Origin: Candidatus Giovannonibacteria bacterium
GTDB taxonomy: Bacteria; Patescibacteriota; Minisyncoccia; UBA11713; 2-01-FULL-45-33
NCBI GenBank assembly: GCA_016176295.1
Contig: JACOXN010000004.1
Location: forward strand, 6,655 to 70,654
Direction of reading: 5' to 3'
Length of the DNA: 64,000 nucleotides
The position numbers were made by a program, and so were the translations under genes. The notes beneath the pieces were generated by a model. It was not told the DNA's origin and searched no databases. It worked only from the letters and a program-made list of their open reading frames with translations. Positions within the stretch are counted from its first letter, which is position 1; each line of letters opens with the position of its first letter. This document shows, in pieces, positions 10,948 through 20,423 of the stretch.

Positions 10948-11815
10948 CTACCGTCGCAAAATTAAAGCGCGAAGTGCACCACTCGTTTTAAACTAAACAT
11001 ACCCGCAGGCCTGCCTACCGGCAGGCAGGTACGCTAGAAGTATTAGCAGCTAACAGTACCAAACGGGTATGTACACACATCTTAAGCGCGATCAACGTAT
11101 CGCGCTAGCCGCTCTCCTGCGGTCCGGATATTCACGGCGGCAAGCGGCAAAAGAAATCGGCGTAGATCACACAACGGTCGGCAGAGAAGTTACGCGCAAC
11201 CCGATAACTCTCGGGCGGTACCATGCCGGACACGCCGACGTTCTGGCGCGAATGAGAAGGAAAAGGTCGAGAATGGCTTATCGGACCATAGAAAACAATC
11301 CTGAGCTTGTATTGCGTATCGAAAAGCGCCTTCATCCGCTGGTTTCTCCCGAGGTCATCGCGCATGATGAAAGCATCAGTCATGTCACTGTTTATGCCTG
11401 GATTTACCGTTCCCGCCCGGATTTGCTTTTGCGTCTCCCACAGAGAGGAAAGAAACGCAGGCGTTACGGGTCAAAAAGAGCCGGAAAACAGGGCTGGACA
11501 ACAAAAGTTCGCCCCATTGATGCACGGCCCGCAATCATCGATCAACGATTACGTGTGGGAGATTTTGAGGGTGATACCGTCAGAGGTAAGAACGGATCTT
11601 TGCTTACCCTCACGGACAGGAAAAGCCGTTTTGAAGTTGTCGTAAAAATGCCCGGCGACTATTGCGACCTGGTGCATGCCGCCATTGTGAAGATCCAGCG
11701 CAAGGTTTTTGCCAAATCTTATACTTTCGACAGGGGTTCTTGTTTTTCTCTTTGGCCTATGATTGAGCGGGATGCAGGAGTGCGAGTATATTTTGCTCAT
11801 CCGCGTTCACCTTGG
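10948..11815 (+). mobile_element. Truncated IS30-family element (transposase from 11069)
   Basis: N-terminal HTH, GDFEGDTV, TFDRG, FAHPRSPW; the usual ERGxNE catalytic Glu segment is missing; left end approximate. Confidence 0.85.
11010..11029. repeat. 20-bp REP-like palindrome CCTGCCTACCGGCAGGCAGG
   Basis: Identical to 29878-29897. Confidence 0.9.
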
Positions 11816-11980
11816 GACCTGTCGTGGCATGGCCGCAATAATTATTACGCTCCCGATAGCGGCAGCTCCACGACCACATTTTCTGAAATACTAAAATCCT
11901 ATGCCTACGAAGGCAGCGGAAAAAATTATACTTTCCTGACAATTACCCGCGAGCTGAAGCCTGAGGAGGCACAAAAATGA
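11816..11980 (+). pseudogene. 3' fragment of a paralog of the downstream gene, fused in frame to the IS30 transposase
   Basis: ILKSYAYEGSGKNYTFLTITRELKPEE resembles LLRGYAYGTKQYPFVKILRDYKEEE in 11977-12423. Confidence 0.6.
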
Positions 11981-12423
11981 ATAAACCGGCAATTGCAGGC
12001 TTAATCTGCCTTGCTGTGCTGGGCATATTCTATCTTGCCTGCGTCCATTATCTTGAGCCAAACCAAGTCGGGATTGTCCGGAACAGGTTCACCGGCGAAG
12101 TCCGATTAGATGATCAGGCCAGTTTTGATATTACGCCTCCGTGGATAGCGGTGTCGCGAATTGACATTCGTCCGATGCGAGTGTGCATAACATCGGCCAG
12201 CCGCGGATTTAACTGCAAACTGATCCAGTTCGCGCCTGCGCACTTCAAGGAATTTGTGCTAGTACAAGGGTTTCATTACTACTGGTGGGCCAACCGCATA
12301 TCCTTCAACTTTGGTTACAACGAAGAGTACCGCGGCATGAAAGATCTGCTCAGAGGTTATGCCTACGGCACAAAACAATATCCTTTCGTGAAAATTTTGC
12401 GTGACTACAAGGAAGAAGAATAA
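11977..12423 (+). CDS. Membrane-anchored protein with SPFH-like N-terminus
   Basis: TM helix then HYLEPNQVGIVRNRFTGEV; GAGGAGG SD. Confidence 0.65.
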   Translation: MNKPAIAGLICLAVLGIFYLACVHYLEPNQVGIVRNRFTGEVRLDDQASFDITPPWIAVSRIDIRPMRVCITSASRGFNCKLIQFAPAHFKEFVLVQGFHYYWWANRISFNFGYNEEYRGMKDLLRGYAYGTKQYPFVKILRDYKEEE

Positions 12424-12434
12424 TACATTATCCG

Positions 12435-13925
12435 CTACAGCTCGGCTGGGGCGGATTTTTCTTTAGGCTGGTAATCCTTAAATTGTTCAAGCTCCCCCAT
12501 TTTTGGAAGGAGCATTTTAACGGCGCGCCGCCGCGCGATATTCCATGACTGCCATTTTGCGAATGATTCCGAACCGCCCCTCTGATAAAGTTCTTTTCCA
12601 AGATAATTCCTGAACTCCCGGTCATTTGTATTTAAAGCTCCAACGAGCTCCGGCATGGCGTCATCCGAGAGCCCGCTCAAATACCGGACATCGATTTTGC
12701 CGGTGGTTTCGAAACGCTCCAGATTACGCCGGGCAATGAAGGAGTCCGGATCCATCATGTTCATGCCAAAAACAAACAAGTTGAATGTAACGAAAACTCC
12801 GAGAGCAAAATAATTCTCTCTGCCATTCCGCAATGTCTTCCAAGCGAGGAGACAGAATATAATCCCCAGTAAAATAATGAAAGAATGGCTGAATAATCTC
12901 TGGACGGTAAATCCATATGCTTCTTCATAGAGCGAAAGCCTGGCATACGCCGAAAACATGATAACCAATACCTCTGCAATCAGCGCGGCACACAGGAATT
13001 TGAATTCCACAGCATGTCCGCCATTTTCTTTGTAAACCAGCTGATCCGCTGCAAGAAGCAGGAACAAAGAAATTAGCGCCACTACGATGAGTTCGAAAAA
13101 CCCGCGTCTTGCATATTCAGCGTAAGTGAACCCCGCTGAAATGATGTTGCTTTCGCCTCCGAAAAAGTAGGCAACCTGAATGATGATAAATATCAGAAAA
13201 AGAACGTCTACGGACCCGAACAGAATGTAACTTTCTATTCTGCCGAGAGGCCCGCCGGGCCTTACGTTTTCTCCTTCTTTTGCTTCCGCACTTTTTTTCT
13301 TTTCCCTTTCCCCTAAAATGTAGGAATAAGCGCCGGTAAACGCCAGGAAGACGGCGAGTATAAGTATCGTTCTTACGACTATTTCCCCATTTATCTCAAT
13401 GGAAACGAGGTTCGAAATGTATTTTTCAAAAACAAGATCTGCCGAGGAAAAAAGCAAAAGAAAAACAAAAAGAAAAGGGGCAGCAATAAGGATGCCTTTT
13501 AGTACGTGCGAAACGGTTTTTTCTTTTCGGGGGCGCGGGGCGGCAAGTTTCGAGAGAGTTTTCCAAAGCGGAGCCAAAAATTTAAAAGGGAGCAGCACTA
13601 TCTTAAGGTAATCAAGCATAAAAAAACTGCGGAGCCTGTCTCCGAAAGAAACCTCGGCGATAAGCAGCAGCAACCCCAATGAAGCGGCAATGTTCAAAAG
13701 CATAAGCTCCGGGCTCGCTCGTACTGACAGCATCGCGCTAAAGAAGAATAACGGAGCCATGAGCCACAATGCTTCGCGGCTAAGGGACCTGCCGAAAAAT
13801 TTTACGATAAGAAATAGCCCACCGACCACAAAAAGATTAAAGATTAAAAAAGAAAGACCGGGAATCTTATCGAAGAACAAATAGTTGAATAATATGCCCA
13901 AAAACAGGGAAAAACCCGGAATCAT
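12435..13925 (-). CDS. DUF4153/DUF4173-like polytopic membrane protein
   Basis: LFSSADLVF, TYAEYARRGFFEL, RLSLYEEAYGFT, YLSGLSDDA. Confidence 0.88.
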   Translation of the reverse strand: MIPGFSLFLGILFNYLFFDKIPGLSFLIFNLFVVGGLFLIVKFFGRSLSREALWLMAPLFFFSAMLSVRASPELMLLNIAASLGLLLLIAEVSFGDRLRSFFMLDYLKIVLLPFKFLAPLWKTLSKLAAPRPRKEKTVSHVLKGILIAAPFLFVFLLLFSSADLVFEKYISNLVSIEINGEIVVRTILILAVFLAFTGAYSYILGEREKKKSAEAKEGENVRPGGPLGRIESYILFGSVDVLFLIFIIIQVAYFFGGESNIISAGFTYAEYARRGFFELIVVALISLFLLLAADQLVYKENGGHAVEFKFLCAALIAEVLVIMFSAYARLSLYEEAYGFTVQRLFSHSFIILLGIIFCLLAWKTLRNGRENYFALGVFVTFNLFVFGMNMMDPDSFIARRNLERFETTGKIDVRYLSGLSDDAMPELVGALNTNDREFRNYLGKELYQRGGSESFAKWQSWNIARRRAVKMLLPKMGELEQFKDYQPKEKSAPAEL

Positions 13926-13962
13926 ATACTTATTTAACGCGTCCGCCTTTCGGATGTTACTC

Positions 13963-15582
13963 TTACCGATTACCCCACCAATTGAGGATGGAGTGGTAGA
14001 CGGAGCTCAACAATAATTTGGGGTTTAAGAGGGAGATTGGGCTTGAAGTCTCGAACGGAAGCGGCGTTGGCTCGGTCGCGGGAGGCGGAGTTTGGTAATC
14101 TCCCTGTGGAGGCGTCTGAAAGTCCCCGGGAGGAGGAGCGTAACTTCCCGATGGCGGCTGCTGATAGCCAGCAGGAGGCTGCTGAAAGCCATCGGAAGGC
14201 GGCCTCTGAAAGTCGCCCGGAGGTGGAATTAACGAACCGCCGCCTGAAGGAGGGACTCCGCATTCATTGGGGTGAGAGCTGCAGTAAGCCTGACATTCTT
14301 CTGGAGTTGAACATCCTCCCGGACCGCTGAACTGACCGGAACCGGAAAAACCTCCCTCCGAATCGCCACGAGGAGGAGCAAATGAACCGCCACCTGAAGG
14401 AGGGGCTCCGCATTCATTGGGGTGAGAGCTGCAGTAGGCCTGGCATTCCTCAGGGCTAGTGCATCCGCCAGGACCACCAAATTGGCCAGAACCTCTAAAC
14501 TCGTCCGAGCCCGCTCCCGGTCCGCCAAATCCGCCGGGCCCACCGGAACCCGGACCGTCCTGCCCGCCCATCGAGCCGAATTTCTCAAAACAACTCTTCA
14601 TTTTTTCTCCGGCCTCGCGGGAAGGTTTCACTTGGGATAAATCGCCTAAGATTTCAACCAGGCAAGCCTTTACCGCTTCGGGAGCATTATTGATATTTTC
14701 CATAAACATCTTTGACCCTTCCTCCATTTTTTTTATTTCTTCTTCCGATATAAGCCCGTTCTCTTTTCCGAACTGGAAACAAGCTTCCTGGTTGTCCGGG
14801 TTTCCGCAGAACGCTTCGCATTCTTCTTTACCTTTGCAACCTCCGGGACCGCGCCCTTTCGTTTTTTTCATCATTTCAAATTGTTTTTGGTCAATGAACC
14901 CGGCCGCAACCGCGAAATTGGCGCACTCTTCGATATTTTTTTCATCGGAACAATAGGCATCGCATTCTTCTTTGCCGCGACAGTTCGGCGGTTTTACTCC
15001 GTTTCTCACAGCCGCCAGCATTTTTTCGGCGTCCGCGCGTTCCTGTTCGTCCATTAGGCCGGCTTTCAAGGCAAAATTCATACATTCCTCCATGTGCTCT
15101 CCCGCACCGCAATAGCTGTCGCAAGCGGCTTTGTTATTGCATGCCGGAGGCTTAATACCCTGCCTGATGGCAGCCGCCACTTTTTTTGCCTCGGCTAAGT
15201 CCTTTTGCGGCATAATATTATTTTCTTCGGCAAAGGCGACGCATTCTTCTATGTGACTGATGTCATTGCAGAAATTTTCGCATTTATCTTTCGTGGTACA
15301 CCCGCCGGGGCCCTTCATCTCTCCCGCCGTAATTTTCCGCGCGAGCGCGGCTTCTTCCCGCGACATCAAATTATTCTTTTCGGCGAAACTTATGCAGGCA
15401 GGCGCATTATCGGGAACATCACAGTAGGTTTTGCATGCTTCTTTATCGGCGCAATTTCCAAGCTCTGCAACAGGAAACTGAATATTGTCGGCCTGGGCTA
15501 GAGCATAACCTATCATAAGCAAAGACGCGGCCACACTTAAAGCCAATGCTAAAAAAGAAGAATATTTTTTCATGTTATTCAA
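13963..15582 (-). CDS. Secreted cysteine-rich repeat protein with Gly/Pro-rich tail
   Basis: Signal peptide; repeated (GPGG)C-x5-C-x3-C units; ~150-bp DNA duplication near 14236 and 14386. Confidence 0.85.
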   Translation of the reverse strand: MNNMKKYSSFLALALSVAASLLMIGYALAQADNIQFPVAELGNCADKEACKTYCDVPDNAPACISFAEKNNLMSREEAALARKITAGEMKGPGGCTTKDKCENFCNDISHIEECVAFAEENNIMPQKDLAEAKKVAAAIRQGIKPPACNNKAACDSYCGAGEHMEECMNFALKAGLMDEQERADAEKMLAAVRNGVKPPNCRGKEECDAYCSDEKNIEECANFAVAAGFIDQKQFEMMKKTKGRGPGGCKGKEECEAFCGNPDNQEACFQFGKENGLISEEEIKKMEEGSKMFMENINNAPEAVKACLVEILGDLSQVKPSREAGEKMKSCFEKFGSMGGQDGPGSGGPGGFGGPGAGSDEFRGSGQFGGPGGCTSPEECQAYCSSHPNECGAPPSGGGSFAPPRGDSEGGFSGSGQFSGPGGCSTPEECQAYCSSHPNECGVPPSGGGSLIPPPGDFQRPPSDGFQQPPAGYQQPPSGSYAPPPGDFQTPPQGDYQTPPPATEPTPLPFETSSPISLLNPKLLLSSVYHSILNWWGNR

Positions 15583-15805
15583 AAGGGTTAGTTTTAACTG
15601 ATTTAAAAGGGTTGGCTTTGTTTACCGGATTCAAGTCCGGAGCATTTTCCAGAGGCTTATCATTTACGCTGGAACCCGCATTTTGCACGACTACGGTCTC
15701 CAGCGCGGGCGCCGGAATAGGCTTACTGGAATAAGTTAGATAAACGTAATAACCGGCTACTAAAATTATGACCGCGCCGAGCGCGATGGCTGCTTTTTTA
15801 TTCAT
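15575..15805 (-). CDS. Small single-TM protein
   Basis: N-terminal TM; C-terminal NPF repeats; overlaps the next gene. Confidence 0.75.
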   Translation of the reverse strand: MNKKAAIALGAVIILVAGYYVYLTYSSKPIPAPALETVVVQNAGSSVNDKPLENAPDLNPVNKANPFKSVKTNPFE

Positions 15806-15893
15806 AACTAAATTATGGCATCTGGAGAAAATGTGTCGAGAGCCAAATGTGCACTGCTTGTTTTATGGCTTATTTTCTGATAACATATATTCG

Positions 15894-16394
15894 TTGCTGA
15901 AAATAAATAATTTCATACGGGCTTCTGAAGTGAGGGTCATCGACGAGGAAGGCAAGAACCTCGGAGTTTTGCCTTTGGAAAAAGCCCTGCAAGTAGCCCG
16001 CGAAGCCGGACTCGACCTCATTGAAGTTTCCTCCAATGTGGTTCCCCCCATCACTAAAATAATGGATAAAGGGAAATATCTTTACGAACAGGATAAAAAA
16101 AAGCGCCAAGCGGCCAAAAACCGTAAGGAAGTCGAAATAAAGAACGTCCGCATCGGCATCGGAACAGGCGCGCATGACCTCGAATTAAAAGCCCGCCAAA
16201 TAGATGAATTTCTGAAAGAAGGAAACCGCGCGCAGGTGGAACTCCGATTGAAAGGCAGGGAAAAATATCTGAAAAAAGAGTTTCTGGAAGAGCGTATCCA
16301 GCGGGTTCTCAATATGGTTTCACAGCCATTCTCGATCGAACCCGTCAAAAAAGGCCCGAGGGGTCTGATGCTCACTATCGCACCCAAAAAGTAG
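15894..16394 (+). CDS. infC: Translation initiation factor IF-3 (non-ATG start)
   Basis: INNFIRASEVRVID, GLDLIEVS, KIMDKGKYLYE; upstream of rpmI-rplT; start codon uncertain. Confidence 0.93.
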   Translation: MLKINNFIRASEVRVIDEEGKNLGVLPLEKALQVAREAGLDLIEVSSNVVPPITKIMDKGKYLYEQDKKKRQAAKNRKEVEIKNVRIGIGTGAHDLELKARQIDEFLKEGNRAQVELRLKGREKYLKKEFLEERIQRVLNMVSQPFSIEPVKKGPRGLMLTIAPKK

Positions 16395-16467
16395 CAAGAT
16401 AGATGAATTGTTTTTAAGCTCAATCTCTACCTTGCAAAATTATGAATAATAGATTAAACTTCGTAAA

Positions 16468-16668
16468 ATGAAGTCAAAAACGGCCAAATCCATACTGAAA
16501 AGAATACGCGTAACCAAGCACGGTAAAATGGTGCGCTCCGGCAGCGGGCTCAACCATTTTTTGTCCAAAAAAAAGAGCTCCAAGAAAATGGATAACCGCC
16601 GGTCCGTCAATATGGATAAAATAAGAAGCCGGATGTTAGCAACATATTTGCATCACACAAAGGTATGA
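16468..16668 (+). CDS. rpmI: 50S ribosomal protein L35
   Basis: KRIRVTKHGK..GLNHFLSKK; synteny. Confidence 0.92.
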   Translation: MKSKTAKSILKRIRVTKHGKMVRSGSGLNHFLSKKKSSKKMDNRRSVNMDKIRSRMLATYLHHTKV

Positions 16669-17009
16669 CAAGAGTAAAAAGAGCGAAGATCGCCATCAAA
16701 CGAAGAAGGAAGATCCTGGGGCAAACCAAGGGTTTTAGGTGGCAGAGGAAATCAAAAGAGCGCGCCGCCCGCGAAGCTCTGCTTCACGCCGGAGTCCACG
16801 CCTTCCAGGATAGGCGAAAAAAGAAAAGGAATATGCGAAAGCTCTGGAATATAAAAATAAACGCCGCCGCCCGCGCCGGGGGAATTTCTTACAGCAAGCT
16901 CATCGGCCAGCTGAAAAAGACGAACATAGAACTCAACCGCAAAGTCCTCTCGGAACTCGCGGAACACCACCCGGAAGTTTTCGAAAAAGTACTTCAGACA
17001 GTAAAATAA
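16665..17009 (+). CDS. rplT: 50S ribosomal protein L20
   Basis: MTRVKR, DRRKKKRNMRKLWNIKINAA, LNRKVLSELA. Confidence 0.97.
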   Translation: MTRVKRAKIAIKRRRKILGQTKGFRWQRKSKERAAREALLHAGVHAFQDRRKKKRNMRKLWNIKINAAARAGGISYSKLIGQLKKTNIELNRKVLSELAEHHPEVFEKVLQTVK

Positions 17010-17018
17010 ACTTCAAAC

Positions 17019-17060
17019 AAAAAAACCCGTCCGCCAGTTGGCGGACGGGTTTTTTGTTTT
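17019..17060. terminator. Bidirectional terminator
   Basis: AAAAAACCCGTCCGCCA-GT-TGGCGGACGGGTTTTTT between convergent genes. Confidence 0.85.
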
Positions 17061-17068
17061 TAATCAGA

Positions 17069-17836
17069 TCATTTTTCTTTCAAAAAAACGGAAACGAAGA
17101 AAAATATCCCGGCAAAGATAACAAAGACCGGGCCCGGAGAAAGACCGTAATATTTTGCGGCCAGCATGCCGAAAACCGCTTCCAAAACTCCCAAAAACGC
17201 GGAGAGCCACAGATAGCTTTTCATACTACCGGCCAGATTCCTTGCCGTGGCGGCGGGTATTATTATCAAAGAACCCATAAGCAGCGCACCGGTAAATTTT
17301 ATACCCGCAGCTACTGCCAAAGCAAAGATGGTAAGGAACAAAAGTTCTAGGAGATGCGGCTTATATCCTATAGAAAGGGCGAGATCCGGAGACATCATTG
17401 TGAGGGAAAATTTCTTGTAATAAATTACTACCAACGAAATGATGAAAGCCGAGCTCAATATGGCGAGAACAAAATCCAATCGGCTAAGCTTTGTGATATC
17501 CCCGAAAAGCGCCTCCAATATTTCTTCCTGGGTGGCAAGCAGAGCCCCTACGGATAAAGCCAGGGTGAATACAACGCCAACCAGAGCTTCAACGGGGAGT
17601 TTGGTCTTGTGTTCCACGGCCCAAATTATCAGCACTCCGAGGAGCAAAAAAGCGAAAGCGCCGATAAAAGGATTAAAATGTAACAAAAGACCCAGCGCGA
17701 TGCCCGGGAGCGCCACATGGGAAAGAGCATCTCCCACCAGAGCCATACGGCGCAAAAGCGCGAAAGAGCCCACAAGCCCGCCTGCCGCAGCGATGGCGGA
17801 GCCGGCGATCAATGTATAGAGTAAACTGGTTTCCAT
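17069..17836 (-). CDS. Zn/Mn ABC transporter permease (ZnuB-like)
   Basis: RRMALVGDALSHVALPG, LIIIPAATA. Confidence 0.92.
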   Translation of the reverse strand: METSLLYTLIAGSAIAAAGGLVGSFALLRRMALVGDALSHVALPGIALGLLLHFNPFIGAFAFLLLGVLIIWAVEHKTKLPVEALVGVVFTLALSVGALLATQEEILEALFGDITKLSRLDFVLAILSSAFIISLVVIYYKKFSLTMMSPDLALSIGYKPHLLELLFLTIFALAVAAGIKFTGALLMGSLIIIPAATARNLAGSMKSYLWLSAFLGVLEAVFGMLAAKYYGLSPGPVFVIFAGIFFFVSVFLKEK

Positions 17837-17845
17837 AAAATAAGA

Positions 17846-18562
17846 TTAATGCAGATGGTGATAAAGCTTCCTTTCCCCGCCATAAAGCTTCTGAAGCTCA
17901 TCGGGCGTCAAAACATCCAAAGGAGAACCGAAACAAATCTGCACTTTATTTAAGCAGAGTACTTTGTTCGCGTATTTGTAGACCACGGAGAGATCGTGCG
18001 AAATGAGGGCAAGGGTGAGACTGTATTCATCCTGCAGCTTGTGCAAAAGCTCGTAAACGGTTTCCTGACCGGCCACATCCACGCTAGCCGTTGGCTCGTC
18101 GAATAGCAACAAGTCCGGATGCCCGATTATCGCCCAGGCGATAAGTATCCTCTGAAGCTCCCCCGAAGAGAGTTCGCCGATCTTTTTTGAAAGATACTCC
18201 TCCCCCAACCCCACCATTTTAAGCACTTTCGCCGGCGAATGCTCATCATCCTCCGAAGGGTGGATTCTCAATTTCAAGAATTCTTCGGCCGTCATCGGAA
18301 TATCGCGCTCCAGATCTATTTTTTGCGGCACGTATCCTATCTTTATATTTTTTTCTTTTTTAAGCTCCCCCTCATGAGGAATAGAGCCCAATATAGCCCG
18401 GAAAAGCGTGGTCTTCCCGGAGCCGTTGGGGCCGATAACCGCAAGGGTATCCCCGCGGTCCAATGAGAACGAAACATCCGATACTCCCTCGAATGTTTTA
18501 TCCTTGCCGTATCCGGCTTTCAGGTCATTTAACTCTAAAATCGGCATAAGAAATTCTATCAC
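17846..18562 (-). CDS. Zn/Mn ABC transporter ATPase (ZnuC-like)
   Basis: GPNGSGKTT, YVPQK, LSSGELQR, DEPT, SHD. Confidence 0.92.
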   Translation of the reverse strand: MIEFLMPILELNDLKAGYGKDKTFEGVSDVSFSLDRGDTLAVIGPNGSGKTTLFRAILGSIPHEGELKKEKNIKIGYVPQKIDLERDIPMTAEEFLKLRIHPSEDDEHSPAKVLKMVGLGEEYLSKKIGELSSGELQRILIAWAIIGHPDLLLFDEPTASVDVAGQETVYELLHKLQDEYSLTLALISHDLSVVYKYANKVLCLNKVQICFGSPLDVLTPDELQKLYGGERKLYHHLH

Positions 18563-20337
18563 TTTTTAAGACATTTAAGAAAATCTCCCAAAGGCAGCGT
18601 GTTTATTATGTCGCTTTTTTCGGCCCACCCGCGCCTCGCCTGGGCAATGCCGTATTCCAGGTAAGAAAGCTCATGCACCGAATGAGCATCTGTGTCTATA
18701 ACCATCTTAACTCCGGCTTCTTTTGCCATCCTGATATGCTCATCGGAAAGATCCAGCCGCCAGGGATGGCCGTCTATTTCCAAAATTGTCCCGGTACGCT
18801 TAGCCGCTTTTATTATGGCTTCGATATCCACGTCGTAAGGTTTGCGGCGGTTGATTATCCGGCCGGTCGGATGGAAAATAATATCCACGTTCCGATTTCC
18901 CATCGCCTTTATTATCCTTGCTGTCTGGTCCTCGCGAGAAAGATTAAAAAACGAATGCACGGCGGCCCCGACGACGTCAAGCTTGGCCAAAGTCTTATCG
19001 TCAATATCCAGAGAACCGTCCTTCAATATATTTACTTCGGCCCCTTTCAGTATCTTGAATTTTGACTTTTGTCCGCCGGATCGCGGATTAAATTTTAAAT
19101 TAAGTTTGTCTATCTCAGACATTTGGCGCAAAAGTTTTTTTTCATCAGCACCGCCCGTCATGGCAAGAGACCTCGTATGGTCCGTTACCGCCATGTATTC
19201 GTGCCCGAGTCTCATGGCTTCCTCCGCCATTTCCGAAATCGAGTTTGCGCCGTCCGTCCAATCTGTTTGCGTCTGCAAATCCCCCTTCAGATCTCCATAG
19301 CCCACGAGCTTTGGAAGCCGGTGTTTTAAAGCTGCTTCTATTTCCCCGCGGTTCAACCTCATTTCCGGAGGAGGGGTATCCATTCCCAATTTTTTGTAGA
19401 CCTCTTCTTCAGTATGCGCCGCAACCAATGTTTCTTTCTGCGTAGTTCTGCGTTTCTTTCCGCGTGTATCTGCGCTTTTGAAAAGCCCGTACTCGTTAAG
19501 TTTGTACCCTTTCTTGATAGCAATCTTCCGCACCTCGACATTGTGGTCTTTCGAACCGGTAAAATATTGGAGAGCCGCGCCGAATGAAACCTTGGGAAGA
19601 ACGCGCAGATCCGCGTCTAATCCCTGCTTCAGTCTGACAAGAACCTTGGTGGGGCCTTTCGCGAAAACATGACTCACTTCAGGCATTTTTGAAAAAAATT
19701 CGCAGATCATTTCCGGGTTTTCCGAAACAGCTAGAAAATCCAGGTCGCCGATAGTTTCCTGCCGTCTTCGCAACGATCCGGCTATTTCAATCGCTTCGAC
19801 GCCTTTTACTTTTTCAAGCCGCGACTTCATCGCGCGCGCCAAAGGAAGCAGCTTCCCTATTTCCACCCTTCCTCCGCCGCTTTTTTTATATTCGATACCT
19901 TTCAAAATTTTCTGCTCCATCTTTTCACGGATGTGCGGGATTGCGCGGAGTTCCCCGGAAGCGGCGGCCTTTTCAAGATCGGAAATATTTTTTATTTTTA
20001 GCTGATTGTAAAGCAGCTTTATCATTTTCGGACCCACCCCTTCAATCGAAGAAAGAGAAGCAATATCCACCGGAAATTTTTTCTTAAGACGATCGTACTC
20101 TTTAAAATGACCGTCGGAAAAAAGTTGCTTAAGATGCTCCGCAATCCCCCGGCCCACGCCGGGAATTTTCATGAGCCCCTTTATCCCGTCTTTTTTATAG
20201 ACACTCTCCACTTCCTCTTGCAGCCCGGCTACCCCGTCCGAGGCTCGCTCATACGCCCGGGGCTTGAACTCCACGCTCTCCATTTCGTAAAGCACAGCCA
20301 TCTCGGCCAAAATTTTTGATATCTCTTCATTGGTCAT
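18559..20337 (-). CDS. polX: DNA polymerase X / PHP 3'-5' exonuclease
   Basis: AGSLRR..GDLD, YFTGSKDHN, LNEYGL, PHP motifs TDH and DTDAH; start taken at MTNEEI. Confidence 0.94.
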   Translation of the reverse strand: MTNEEISKILAEMAVLYEMESVEFKPRAYERASDGVAGLQEEVESVYKKDGIKGLMKIPGVGRGIAEHLKQLFSDGHFKEYDRLKKKFPVDIASLSSIEGVGPKMIKLLYNQLKIKNISDLEKAAASGELRAIPHIREKMEQKILKGIEYKKSGGGRVEIGKLLPLARAMKSRLEKVKGVEAIEIAGSLRRRQETIGDLDFLAVSENPEMICEFFSKMPEVSHVFAKGPTKVLVRLKQGLDADLRVLPKVSFGAALQYFTGSKDHNVEVRKIAIKKGYKLNEYGLFKSADTRGKKRRTTQKETLVAAHTEEEVYKKLGMDTPPPEMRLNRGEIEAALKHRLPKLVGYGDLKGDLQTQTDWTDGANSISEMAEEAMRLGHEYMAVTDHTRSLAMTGGADEKKLLRQMSEIDKLNLKFNPRSGGQKSKFKILKGAEVNILKDGSLDIDDKTLAKLDVVGAAVHSFFNLSREDQTARIIKAMGNRNVDIIFHPTGRIINRRKPYDVDIEAIIKAAKRTGTILEIDGHPWRLDLSDEHIRMAKEAGVKMVIDTDAHSVHELSYLEYGIAQARRGWAEKSDIINTLPLGDFLKCLKK

Positions 20338-20390
20338 TATTCTTATATTATCATCCCCTAAAAGTGAAGTCGAAATTAGCATGCATAGCA

Positions 20391-20418
20391 TTGACTATGC
20401 CTATTTTTTTCGTATAAT
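20391..20418 (+). promoter_or_regulatory. Sigma70-type promoter
   Basis: TTGACT-16-TATAAT. Confidence 0.75.
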
Positions 20419-20423
20419 TGAAT

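Noticed and set aside
11069-11980. Intact IS30 transposase
   Set aside because: The third catalytic residue region and the right end are missing; the C-terminus is unrelated sequence.
14236-14448. CRISPR-like direct repeats
   Set aside because: Only two copies, in frame within a protein repeat. No repeat-spacer array or cas operon is seen in the window.
17069-18562. ABC transporter lacking a binding protein
   Set aside because: The solute-binding gene may lie elsewhere in the genome; this cannot be judged from one window.
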